Of a stretch of 64,000 nt of DNA, positions 39,383 through 49,488 are shown piece after piece. Every line of letters starts with the position of its first letter. Position 1 is the stretch's first letter. The notes beneath the pieces were generated by a model. It was not told where the DNA came from. It did not search any database and saw nothing but the letters and a program-made list of their open reading frames with translations. The translations under genes were made by a program, and so were the position numbers. Source of the stretch: Candidatus Daviesbacteria bacterium (GTDB taxonomy: Bacteria; Patescibacteriota; Microgenomatia; Daviesbacterales; UBA10151); contig JAQTZF010000001.1 of assembly GCA_028687915.1 (NCBI GenBank), positions 418,634 through 482,633 of the forward strand, read 5' to 3'.

Positions 39383-42300
39383 ATGTTTAAAAAGCTTGTT
39401 TTTTGTTTAATTGTAGCTATATTTTTTTTCAATACACCAAATATTTTTGCTGCTGAAAATTCTTATGTTACTGTAGTAAATCCCATCAGAGGAAGTGATT
39501 TTTGGGATCAAAAAGGGCAAGAAGTAGAAACTGCGGTTTTGGGACAAATTAAAATATTAGATGAATTCAAAATTCCCGCTACTTTTTTAATTCGTTTTGA
39601 TGCCTTTTCTTCGAATCAGCTTATAGATTCCTTAAAAAATATAACCCATGAAAAGGGTTTATTTCTTGAGGTCACACCTTCATGGGCCACTGCTGCAGGG
39701 GTGAAATACAGACAATCTCCTGTTTGGCATAATGCAGAGAGTGTTTTTTTAACTGGGTATGATATTGAGGAGCGAAAAAGGTTTATAGATAAAGCATTTG
39801 AAGAATTTAAAAAAGCTTTTGGCTCATACCCTAAATCAGTAGGGGCATGGTGGATTGACAGTTATTCTTTAGAATACATGCAAAATAAGTACAATATTGA
39901 TGCTGTATTGATTGTTGCAGATCAATATTCTACTGATAATTATCAGATTTGGGGGCAGTACTTTGGGACTCCATATTATCCAGCTAAGAAAAATGCTTTA
40001 GCTCCTGCCCAAAACACAAAAAATAAAATACCAGTTGTTGTAATGCAGTGGGCAACCAGAGACCCTATTAATGGTTACGGAGAAGGGGTTATGGAAACAA
40101 CCTACAGTTTACAAGCCAATGATTATATTGATTATCATCAACTTGGTTCCAATTATTTTACTAAACTCATTGATCTTTTTACCACCCAACCATATAACCA
40201 GGTTAACCATGTAGTGGTAGGTTTAGAAAATTCCTATAATTGGAAGACGTATCAATCAGAATATAGAAAACAAATAGAGTTACTAAAGAATCGAGCAGTT
40301 CAACGGCAGCTTTCTTTGGTAACAATGGAAGAATTTGCTAAATGGTACAAGTTAAAGTTTCCGGATGTTTCTCCGGCACAAATTATCATAGCAAATGACC
40401 CTTTGGGAACTTCTAAAAAGGTTGTCTGGTTTATGAACCAGTATTATCGAGCAGGGTGGTTTTACAACCGGGATGGAAGTGTTTTTAGAGACATCAGACA
40501 ATATGTGGAAGGACAAGTTGAGCCTTGTTATGAAGTTGCTTGTAAGCAGATTAATTTTGCTACTTTTTCTACACGGGTACTGGATGATGTTACTTATAAG
40601 GAAAAATTAATTTTAGATAAAGGTAAAATAGCAGATTTTATAGTTAAAGAAGATAAGGAGTTTGTTATTAATTATACCAATGAAGCGGGAAGAAGAAGAC
40701 AGATTTCTTTTTTGCCGCGAGATATTTCTATTGATGGTAAGGTCAGTTCTATAGACAGTTTAATTTTACAAGCAAAAGAGTCAATAAGAGATGATAAAAA
40801 AATACAAGTTGAATTTTCACCAGATACTACTAAAAATTTCCAGGAACCACTCTCTGTTTTAGCTTTTAATATTATTAAATTTCTTATATTTATAATTATG
40901 GTTTTATTCATTCCGGGTTTTTCAGTAGTAAGATCACTAAAACAAGAGTCCTTAATTTTAAATATATTTTTATCAATTTGTATAGGTTTTGTTGGTTTAG
41001 TCTTAGTTTCTTTTGTTGCCGGTTATTTAAAATTACCTTGGTTGGTTTTTGTTTATATAGGGAGTGTTTTGATAACCTTTTTCTTTAAAAAGAGATATTT
41101 AGGGTTATCTTTAAAACAAGTATCTTTTTCCAAAAATAATATTTTAATTTTAATTGTTCTAATTTTAGGTACGATTTTTCAGTCGCTTATTATGGTACGT
41201 TCAGGATGGGTGTATGATTTTGGAGTGGGTTTTTGGGGGCCAACAGGTCATGATATGGTTTGGCACCAAGCGTTGGTTAATCAATTAGTCAAGGCGGTTC
41301 CGCCTGAAAGTCCGATTTTGGCTGGAGAGACTTTAAACGGTTATCACTATTTTTTTGATTTGTTAGTAGCAGAAAGTTATAAGTTAACTAATATTTCTAT
41401 ATTAGATTTATTGTATCGATTTTTCCCAGTACTTTTTTCCTTATTATTAGGTATTGGAACTATTGGTTTACTAAATAAATTGACAACTAATAAAATAATT
41501 TCCTTAACCTCATTATACTTTGTTTATTTTGCTGGAAGCTTTGGTTGGATAGTAACTTATTTAAGAGATAAAAGTATTAGCGGAGAATCAGTCTTTTGGG
41601 TGAATCAGCCAGTTTCCATGAATATTAATCCCCCATTCGCCATTTCATTGCTGCTTGTAATTACTATAGTTTTATTGATAAATATACATAGACTTAATAA
41701 ATCCACCTATAGCTATTTTTTATTAGTAATATTAATTGGTGTATTAGTGGAGTTTAAAGTTTATGCTGGTGTGGTGGCGATGGGCGGACTATTAATAATG
41801 GCTTTGTTAGAGGTGATAACAAAAAGAAGCTTTACCTACTTAAAAATCTTTTTACCTGCAGCTATTTTTTCTGCTGTATTATTTATTCCACAAAACAAGA
41901 ATGCAGCAAGTCTGTTGGTGTTTTCTCCATTATGGTTTATTGATTCAATGATGGATTTTGCGGATAGAGTAGGGTGGAGTAAATTATCTGCTGCTCGGTT
42001 AGCGTATTTTGCTCGTGGCGAATGGTTAAAGTATATATCAATAGAAGCTTTATCACTGTTTATCTTTATTGCAGGAAACTTGGGGATAAGAATATTATTG
42101 TTGTTTAAGATGCAAAGCTTGTTTAAAAGAAACTGGTGGCATATTTCTGAATATACATTTATGTTTTTTATGGGGTTAGTTTCTTTGACTATCCCATTGT
42201 TTTTCATTCAAAAAGGTAACCCCTGGAATACTATCCAATTTATCTATTATTTAGTTTACTTCGCAGCAATAGGTGCAAGCTTTGGTTTGTTTGTTATTTA

Positions 42301-42808
42301 TAAAAGTTTACCAAAAGTATTGGGGGTAATTTTATTAGCGATGGTGATGGTAATTGCACCAGTCAATGCGTGGGTTTCTTTCTCTGATAATTTAGGGCAA
42401 ATTCCCCCTGCAGCGCTAAGCCAGAATGAGTTTGAAGCATTGCAGTTTTTAAGCAAGCTTCCGGATGGAGTTGTTCTGACATACCCTTATAATAAAAATT
42501 TAAGTAGAAATTTTACTGAGCCGATACCTTTATTTGCTTATCAAACAACAGGGTATGTGTCAGCATTTTCAGGAAAGCAGTCATTTGTAGAAGATATTAT
42601 GCAAAACGAAATCTTACAAACTGATTATCACCCACGATTAGTGGCCTCAGAAGACTTTTTTATTAGTGGGGTAATACCACCTATTTTAGAGGGAAAGATC
42701 AAATATATATATTTACCAAAGTTTTTTGATGTTACTGTAGATACTAGTAAGCAATGGAAAAAGGTTTTTGAAAACAATGAAGTGTTAATTTATGAAATAA
42801 ATGGTTAG
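39383..42808 (+). CDS. Fusion protein: secreted NodB/GH57-like carbohydrate-active barrel plus a GT-C membrane domain (subfamily D)
   Basis: Signal peptide; IPATFL, GLFLEVTP, FGSYPKSVGAWWID in the first ~490 aa. The C-terminal ~650 aa parallel the 42820 gene (GHD..H, YHYF, RFFP, FKV, QKG). Confidence 0.75.
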   Translation: MFKKLVFCLIVAIFFFNTPNIFAAENSYVTVVNPIRGSDFWDQKGQEVETAVLGQIKILDEFKIPATFLIRFDAFSSNQLIDSLKNITHEKGLFLEVTPSWATAAGVKYRQSPVWHNAESVFLTGYDIEERKRFIDKAFEEFKKAFGSYPKSVGAWWIDSYSLEYMQNKYNIDAVLIVADQYSTDNYQIWGQYFGTPYYPAKKNALAPAQNTKNKIPVVVMQWATRDPINGYGEGVMETTYSLQANDYIDYHQLGSNYFTKLIDLFTTQPYNQVNHVVVGLENSYNWKTYQSEYRKQIELLKNRAVQRQLSLVTMEEFAKWYKLKFPDVSPAQIIIANDPLGTSKKVVWFMNQYYRAGWFYNRDGSVFRDIRQYVEGQVEPCYEVACKQINFATFSTRVLDDVTYKEKLILDKGKIADFIVKEDKEFVINYTNEAGRRRQISFLPRDISIDGKVSSIDSLILQAKESIRDDKKIQVEFSPDTTKNFQEPLSVLAFNIIKFLIFIIMVLFIPGFSVVRSLKQESLILNIFLSICIGFVGLVLVSFVAGYLKLPWLVFVYIGSVLITFFFKKRYLGLSLKQVSFSKNNILILIVLILGTIFQSLIMVRSGWVYDFGVGFWGPTGHDMVWHQALVNQLVKAVPPESPILAGETLNGYHYFFDLLVAESYKLTNISILDLLYRFFPVLFSLLLGIGTIGLLNKLTTNKIISLTSLYFVYFAGSFGWIVTYLRDKSISGESVFWVNQPVSMNINPPFAISLLLVITIVLLINIHRLNKSTYSYFLLVILIGVLVEFKVYAGVVAMGGLLIMALLEVITKRSFTYLKIFLPAAIFSAVLFIPQNKNAASLLVFSPLWFIDSMMDFADRVGWSKLSAARLAYFARGEWLKYISIEALSLFIFIAGNLGIRILLLFKMQSLFKRNWWHISEYTFMFFMGLVSLTIPLFFIQKGNPWNTIQFIYYLVYFAAIGASFGLFVIYKSLPKVLGVILLAMVMVIAPVNAWVSFSDNLGQIPPAALSQNEFEALQFLSKLPDGVVLTYPYNKNLSRNFTEPIPLFAYQTTGYVSAFSGKQSFVEDIMQNEILQTDYHPRLVASEDFFISGVIPPILEGKIKYIYLPKFFDVTVDTSKQWKKVFENNEVLIYEING

Positions 42809-42819
42809 AATAATACTAA

Positions 42820-44844
42820 ATGGAAATTATACAAACATTTGCTCTTTTCTTGGTTTTTATTCCGATATCCATATTTCTTTTTTATATTCCAGGATTTGCT
42901 GTGCTTTCTATAGTAAAGCGGGATTTAGAAAAAGTCGAGTTAAGTGTATTGTCTTTTAGCACTGGACTTATACTTTTTACACTCCTTGCGATGCTTCTAG
43001 GGGTTTTAAATGTTCGTTTCTTAAGCTTAGTAATATTACTTATTATCAATTTTTGGGTATTGATTAAGTATAAGTTACAACCCTTCAAAGGTTTGACTTT
43101 TTTCCGGGATAAACTACTTGGTGTATTAGTTATTTTGGCTATATTAGTCCAAGGCTTAATCAGCTTTCCGAGTGGCTACATGTATGATGATGGTTTGTAC
43201 TTTTGGAGTGCACAAGGCCATGATGGTGTTCGGCATGTTGCTTTTATGGAACAGATAAAGAAGGAGTTTCCTCCAAGTACCCCACTTTTTTCAGAGGAGC
43301 TTTTGTATAACTATCATTACTTTATAGATATTTTTATGGGGGAAACTCTTAGGTTGTTTCCATTTTTTAATTCCTGGGATTTATATTTTAGGTTTTTCCC
43401 TGTACTTTTTTCTTTTTTGATTACCATCTCAACATTTGCCTTTATTCAGGCTTGGAAAAATAAACAAATTGCGTATTGGGCAATTTTCTTTACAACATTT
43501 ACCGGAAGTTTTGGATGGATGGTTCAGGTGATGAGGGGTAGGGGGCCTTTTGGCGGAGAAACAGTTTTCTGGGCGTCTCAAATAAATACTGTGATTGGGA
43601 ATCCAGCTACGGCTGTTTCTATAATCTTAGTTTTGGTATTTCTGCTTAGTCTTAAGTTTTATCTTGAAAATAGTAATTGGAGGTGGTTTATTATTTGTTT
43701 AATTATAGGATCAATAATTTCTAGTTTTAAAGTTTTCGCTGGAGTGGTTTTATTATCTGGCTTGGCTGTAGCTTCTTCTTTAGACTTACTTTTTAAAAGA
43801 AGGGTTAATTTAGCTTTAATTTCCGGAGCATTGTTTGTCTCTAATTTTATTGCTTTTAAATCCCTTACCTCTGGAGCAGGTAGCTTATTATTATTTGAGC
43901 CATGGTATCTGGTTAGGACTCTAGTCGTTTCCGGGGACAGATTAAATTGGATAGATTTAGAACTTCGTAGGCAGTATTATCTTTCTCTGCACACAGTAAA
44001 GGGTTATCTAAGAGTAGCACAATTTGAAATTATGGCTTTTTCGTTATTCCTAATTGGTAATATTGGTGTTCGTTTTATTGGTTTTTATGATCTGCAAAAA
44101 ACAATAGTTAACCAGATAAAGAATAAGTTTTCTGACAGTATAGCCATAACAATTTTTTTTGCTATGTTGTCTGCATTCTTGATACCACTTCTATTTGTTC
44201 AAAAGGGTTTAGCTTACAACAATATTCAGTTTCTGGAGTATTTTGTGCTCTTTCTAGGATTTTTTACTGCTTCATCAACTTATGTTTTGCTAAAAAGGTT
44301 TCACTCTAACACCATCAAGCTTTTTGTTATTGCAGTAATTATTATTTTTGCTGTACCTACAGTTATAGGAAATTTACTTGAATTCTATGGTCCGGAGTCA
44401 GCACCAAATTCCAAAATTAGCAGGCAGGAGCTTAAAGCGCTATATTATTTAAGAGATAATTCTGATCAAAAAAGCATTGTTCTAAACGCGCCTTTTGACG
44501 CGAATCGTACTAATAGAGAAAGCAAACCTGTTCCTATTTATGCTTGGTACAGTACATCGTATATTGCAGCAACGTCTTTAAGAACCACATATCTATCTGA
44601 TGAAGAGCAGGCAATAACTACCGGATATCCAGCTGAAGAAAGATTGGCTAATATGCATAAATTTTTTAGCCAAGAGGACTTAACTTGGAATCAAAATTTT
44701 TTAAGGTTAAATAAAATTAATTATATTTATTTACCCAAAAAAGAAATACAATCTTTAGATCCTCAAATATTATTAGACAAAGAGGGTAATAGTATAAGAA
44801 CATTTTATGAAAATAGTGAAGTGATTATTTATGAAGTTATCTAA
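42820..44844 (+). CDS. GT-C-like membrane protein, subfamily D
   Basis: FWSAQGHDGVRH, YHYFID, FRFFP, GSFGW, FKV, LFVQKG, YIYLPK. Confidence 0.75.
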   Translation: MEIIQTFALFLVFIPISIFLFYIPGFAVLSIVKRDLEKVELSVLSFSTGLILFTLLAMLLGVLNVRFLSLVILLIINFWVLIKYKLQPFKGLTFFRDKLLGVLVILAILVQGLISFPSGYMYDDGLYFWSAQGHDGVRHVAFMEQIKKEFPPSTPLFSEELLYNYHYFIDIFMGETLRLFPFFNSWDLYFRFFPVLFSFLITISTFAFIQAWKNKQIAYWAIFFTTFTGSFGWMVQVMRGRGPFGGETVFWASQINTVIGNPATAVSIILVLVFLLSLKFYLENSNWRWFIICLIIGSIISSFKVFAGVVLLSGLAVASSLDLLFKRRVNLALISGALFVSNFIAFKSLTSGAGSLLLFEPWYLVRTLVVSGDRLNWIDLELRRQYYLSLHTVKGYLRVAQFEIMAFSLFLIGNIGVRFIGFYDLQKTIVNQIKNKFSDSIAITIFFAMLSAFLIPLLFVQKGLAYNNIQFLEYFVLFLGFFTASSTYVLLKRFHSNTIKLFVIAVIIIFAVPTVIGNLLEFYGPESAPNSKISRQELKALYYLRDNSDQKSIVLNAPFDANRTNRESKPVPIYAWYSTSYIAATSLRTTYLSDEEQAITTGYPAEERLANMHKFFSQEDLTWNQNFLRLNKINYIYLPKKEIQSLDPQILLDKEGNSIRTFYENSEVIIYEVI

Positions 44845-46549
44845 AACTAAAATTTTATTGATATTAATATTGCTATTAGCCATTTTTTTGAGGCTTTATA
44901 AAATTGATGAAAATCCAGTATCTTTGTTTGGTGATGAATTGGATGTTGGTTATCATGCTTTATCAATTTTACAAACAGGAAAGGATTATACAGGACATTT
45001 CTTGCCACAGCATTTTCGTTCGCTGGCGGAGTTACGTACACCACTATATTTATATTCAAGTGTTCCAAGTGTTGCTATTTTTGGTGTCTCACCACTTGGG
45101 GTGAGATTGCCAGCTGTCATTTTTGGGGTTTTATGTGTTTGGTTGCTTTATTTTCTAGTAAAATATATTTCTGGAAATACAGTTATTGCATTAATATCAG
45201 CTTTACTTCTCTCGATTCTACCATGGCATATTCAATACTCCAGAGCAGGTTTTGAAGTAACAGAGTTGATGGCGTTTTATTTAGCAGGAATATATTTTTT
45301 TCTTCGGGGTTTAAAAGAGCATAGATTGATATTTTTATCAGTAATCTTTTTTGGATTTACGCCGTGGATTTATAATATAGCCAAGCTTTATTTACCTCTG
45401 ACAGTCCTAGGGCTTCTTGCGATATTTTGGAACGATATCAAAGTAGTTCCAAAAAAGTTTATTTTTATCTCCTTTGTTATTTTTACACTTATTACAGGAG
45501 CTTTTACCTATAATACTCTTTTTGGTGGAGGTGTGGATCGATTTGAAAGTATCTCTATTGCGTCGGATAATACTATTATTCCTCAAATTGGTTTCTCTCG
45601 TCTCAGGGATGCAAAAATGCGTGATTCTTCTGCCTCAATTGGAGCAGTATTTAGCTTGTCTGATAAATTGTTTCACAATCAACCATTTTTTTTGTTTAAT
45701 GCTTTTATAAAAAACTATCTTCAAGCATATTCAGCTGAATTTTTAACTATTTCTGGCAGTACAAACCTACGTCATTCAGTTCCAGGGGTGGGACAGATAT
45801 ATGCTTTTGAATTTATCTTTATGCTGATTGGAGGCGCTTTTTTCTTCTTTAGTCAAGTTAACAACAAGGTAAAGTTGTTAATGTTATTTTTGATTTTAAC
45901 TACACCAATCCCATCCGCTTTAACAATAGATGGGGGTACTCACCCAACCCGACTTTTTCTTATGATAATACCCATTACCATAATGACGGCTTATGGAATA
46001 TGGTCCGCGGTTAACATTTTAAGCGTAAAAATCCGTAAAGCCTTCATTGGGATAATTGCTTTGGTAATATTATTAAGCTTTGTGTTTTACCAGCATACTT
46101 ATTGGATTCATTATCCCTGGGATTCAGAAAGATGGTGGCAAGCTGGTTATAGCGAGGCAATAAAAGCAACTGTAGAGGAGGGTAAAAAGTATGATCGGGT
46201 AATTATAAGTAATGCTGATGAACCTTCACTGATATTTTTCTTAGGTTACAATGAATATCCACCAGAAAAATTTCAAAAGAATTATCTTTTACCGGAAACC
46301 AATATTCCTGGTTTTGGGAATGTGTCAAATTTAGATAAATATTACTTCCCTGCTATAGGAAAGGGAGTAGGTTTATATGATTTAGGTAAGATTTTACCAA
46401 GCAATACACTTTATTTAGCTACTGCAAAGGAGGTGAATGTAAATTTAATTACTGAGCCAGAGCGTGTACCAAAAGGTATCAACCTGATAAGGTCGATTAC
46501 CTATCCTTCTGGAGCCCCAGCTTTTTACCTGTTGTCTAAGATTGAATAG
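44831..46549 (+). CDS. GT-C membrane glycosyltransferase, subfamily B
   Basis: LRLYK, FGDELDVGYHA, TGKDYTG, VRLP, PWHIQYSRAGFE, HPTR. Confidence 0.82.
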   Translation: MKLSKTKILLILILLLAIFLRLYKIDENPVSLFGDELDVGYHALSILQTGKDYTGHFLPQHFRSLAELRTPLYLYSSVPSVAIFGVSPLGVRLPAVIFGVLCVWLLYFLVKYISGNTVIALISALLLSILPWHIQYSRAGFEVTELMAFYLAGIYFFLRGLKEHRLIFLSVIFFGFTPWIYNIAKLYLPLTVLGLLAIFWNDIKVVPKKFIFISFVIFTLITGAFTYNTLFGGGVDRFESISIASDNTIIPQIGFSRLRDAKMRDSSASIGAVFSLSDKLFHNQPFFLFNAFIKNYLQAYSAEFLTISGSTNLRHSVPGVGQIYAFEFIFMLIGGAFFFFSQVNNKVKLLMLFLILTTPIPSALTIDGGTHPTRLFLMIIPITIMTAYGIWSAVNILSVKIRKAFIGIIALVILLSFVFYQHTYWIHYPWDSERWWQAGYSEAIKATVEEGKKYDRVIISNADEPSLIFFLGYNEYPPEKFQKNYLLPETNIPGFGNVSNLDKYYFPAIGKGVGLYDLGKILPSNTLYLATAKEVNVNLITEPERVPKGINLIRSITYPSGAPAFYLLSKIE

Positions 46550-46553
46550 AATT

Positions 46554-47945
46554 TTATTTAGGAAGTATTAAACCGATATTACCAGAGACAATGTCTAAAC
46601 TCCCGGCAGATAATGATTTTGGGATGACTGTAGTATAAATTGGGGGTTTTGCCTCAATTGTTTGTGGTATCTTACCATAATATTTAAATAGATAATCAAA
46701 CCCAAAATTCCAGCCGAGGTTGCTAATGTATGAAACATAAAACACCTGATTTTGTGGTTGTCTTTTGATGATTTCAGACACAATAAAGTCTTTATGGTAG
46801 AGACTCACTTTGCTGGGATTGTCCCACTCTTTTTGTAAAGAACTAAAGTTTACTATAGTTAAATAAATAAGGATTAGGCCAAGTAATGTTGTGGTGATAT
46901 AGTTTTTTTTCATAATCAGCAGGCTTAAACTTGCTCCAACATACAGAATTACCAAAACTCTTAGAGCTAGAAAATAATATTCTGTTACATTCTTTGGTAA
47001 TAGCAAACCATAATAAATTAAAAAAATAGCGATTACAAGAATAGAAACAGATGCGTGAAACTTATCCTTCCAGAACCCAACACGTTTCCAGACTAAGATA
47101 GAGAAGATGATTAATACAAGTAAACCAATATATTCTTTATGGGCGATATCTATTGTCAAAACACGGGATATCTCCTCAAGGTTAAATTGGGCCCAGTGGA
47201 TAAGATTAGCAATAGTTTTTGGTTCTCCTGATGGTTTCGTAAACAGATCAATGAAACGTTTAGCCTCTAGGAAGTTATGCAAAAATTGGAATATAAGTAA
47301 AGGAGAAATTGCAATAAAGAAGCCAATTACTGAAAGTAGTATATTTTTAAAACCTGGCCAGCTTCTTTTGGCAATAAGAAAGATTGGTACAACTAAATAA
47401 AAAGGCAGGTGAACTGGGTGCATGCTGGTGAATAGTCCAAGTATGATTGCGATTAATATGAGAGCTTTTTTTTGACCATGCCAATACTTATAGAATGCCC
47501 ACCATAACCAAATGACCAGCAGCTCGCTAATTGTTAAGGGGGCAGGGTTTAAATCATTGCTTATTTCTAAGTATGTTATTGTCCTGATAAATGCTGCAAC
47601 TAATCCTGCTTCCTTACTGATAAGCTCTTTTCCAACAAAAAAGTATGAAGCAATGATTAATAGCCCAAAAAAAACTGCCCCAATACTTCCACCTAAGGGG
47701 TGTAGGTTAGTTAATAAATAAAAAGGAGTTAATAGATAGAATCCAATTGGTCCCATAAAAAGACCTTCTACTGACAAACCTTGTCCAATAAACTGAATTG
47801 GATATTCATGAATAATACGGTAAGCAAAGTTAGCAGCCCATGCTTGATCATAATCAAAGGGAGCCATCTCGGGTAATCGATAGAGTCTTAAAAATGCTGC
47901 CAGTAGCAATATTAATATTAATATAAGGTAGCTTCGGTATTTCAC
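46554..47945 (-). CDS. GT-C membrane glycosyltransferase, subfamily A, on the opposite strand to its neighbours
   Basis: LRLYRL, FDYDQ, IGQGLSVEGLFMGP, EYY, C-terminal GNIGLILP (compare GMFGVILP in 3215). Confidence 0.78.
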   Translation of the reverse strand: MKYRSYLILILILLLAAFLRLYRLPEMAPFDYDQAWAANFAYRIIHEYPIQFIGQGLSVEGLFMGPIGFYLLTPFYLLTNLHPLGGSIGAVFFGLLIIASYFFVGKELISKEAGLVAAFIRTITYLEISNDLNPAPLTISELLVIWLWWAFYKYWHGQKKALILIAIILGLFTSMHPVHLPFYLVVPIFLIAKRSWPGFKNILLSVIGFFIAISPLLIFQFLHNFLEAKRFIDLFTKPSGEPKTIANLIHWAQFNLEEISRVLTIDIAHKEYIGLLVLIIFSILVWKRVGFWKDKFHASVSILVIAIFLIYYGLLLPKNVTEYYFLALRVLVILYVGASLSLLIMKKNYITTTLLGLILIYLTIVNFSSLQKEWDNPSKVSLYHKDFIVSEIIKRQPQNQVFYVSYISNLGWNFGFDYLFKYYGKIPQTIEAKPPIYTTVIPKSLSAGSLDIVSGNIGLILPK

Positions 47946-48018
47946 TAACTTAAATTATATATTTTTTTCTTGAGCAAAGACAATTATTAATATGTTATAT
48001 TTAATTATAATTTAATAT

Positions 48019-49419
48019 ATGTTTAAATTTTCTTTATTTAAGGTGAAGTTTTTATCAAGTCCTTTAACGAAGACTTGTTTGTGTATAGTAGTCGGGTTGC
48101 TCATTGCTTTGTTGGGGTATCAGATAAGACTCCATCAGTTTAGAGATTTTCCTCCTCTTGGGGATACATTTGATGAGGTAAAAGCTCCTTTTAATGGAAT
48201 TAACCTAATCCAAAAAGGCATTCCTATTTCCTGGTCTTGGTATGATGAATATGGTGAGTTCCCAGTTCAAAAAATTAGAGGAACTGATTTTAGGCTTGTT
48301 CAACCCTGGTTTGACGAACCACCTCTCTTTTCTCTTGTTGCCGGTGCTTATAGTATATCAAAGGGGATGGATACTGAAGAAAAAGTTGATGCTGGAGTTT
48401 TAAGATATCCAATGGTAAAACTTGCAGCATTCAATATTTTTGCATTGTTTTTAATAATATTAATTTTACGAAACTTCATAGAAGCATCACTGGCATCTTT
48501 AATTTATGCTACTGAACCCACAATGGTATTTGGATCAAGGTTACCAGTTTCTGATAATTTCTTAGTCAGTATAATTTTAATTACTTTATTGTTTCTGATT
48601 TTTTATCTGAAAAAACAAAAATGGTATTTATTAGGTGTTTTGGCAATTCTTTCATCATCAGGGCTGTTAATTAAATCTACTGGAATATTTATACCAATGG
48701 CAATTATTTTTCTACTGGGTGCTCATAGAAAATTTAAGCAGGCTCTATTAGTTGCGGGTTTTATGTTTATTGCTTTTGGAGGATGGTTATATTATGGCTA
48801 CTATTATAATTGGGACGTTTTTAGCAAGATTTTTGTAGTTTCAAGTGGGAGAGAGCTTTTTAAGCCGGATATCATAATTCATTTATTCGATACCTTTAGG
48901 ATAGGAGAAAAATCAATGAATTATGATGGTTGGTTAATGTGGGGCTGGATTTCAGTAGTAGCATACTCATTTATAAACAGAGATTCCCATAAAAGTATAC
49001 TAAGCAGGATTACCTTACCTGTGGTTGTTGGTTCTTATTTAGTATTTTTTTCGATTATGTCTGGACATGCAAAAGGTTGGTATCGGTTTCCTTTTTTCCC
49101 TTTCTTATCCTGGGCCTCAGCAGCTTTTTTTATTGAGATAGTTAAAAATCCAAGGTTCCTTTTTACGTTTTTCTTTATCACGATACCGGTTTTTTCAAGT
49201 TATATTTACGGTAATGGTGTTAAAAGATGGAGTAACATGGAGATAAAGATTTATCAGCTAGTATTTGTATTATTAATGTCACTGCCTATGTTATATGAAT
49301 TATTTCAAAATAAATACTTTAAAATGGCTGTTCAAGTAATTTTAATAAGCGCATTTATTATAGCGATTATTTTTAATATTAGAACAATTTACTCTTTCCA
49401 AGATCACTTTTGGTATTAG
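48019..49419 (+). CDS. GT-C membrane glycosyltransferase
   Basis: IR, TFDE, WFDEPPLF, SRLPVSD, IKSTG, GWYRFPFFP. Confidence 0.75.
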   Translation: MFKFSLFKVKFLSSPLTKTCLCIVVGLLIALLGYQIRLHQFRDFPPLGDTFDEVKAPFNGINLIQKGIPISWSWYDEYGEFPVQKIRGTDFRLVQPWFDEPPLFSLVAGAYSISKGMDTEEKVDAGVLRYPMVKLAAFNIFALFLIILILRNFIEASLASLIYATEPTMVFGSRLPVSDNFLVSIILITLLFLIFYLKKQKWYLLGVLAILSSSGLLIKSTGIFIPMAIIFLLGAHRKFKQALLVAGFMFIAFGGWLYYGYYYNWDVFSKIFVVSSGRELFKPDIIIHLFDTFRIGEKSMNYDGWLMWGWISVVAYSFINRDSHKSILSRITLPVVVGSYLVFFSIMSGHAKGWYRFPFFPFLSWASAAFFIEIVKNPRFLFTFFFITIPVFSSYIYGNGVKRWSNMEIKIYQLVFVLLMSLPMLYELFQNKYFKMAVQVILISAFIIAIIFNIRTIYSFQDHFWY

Positions 49420-49488
49420 GACTCTTTTTTCTCTCCTAGTTTAAACTTACATTTTACTTACATATAATCAGCTGGTAAGATTAATTAG

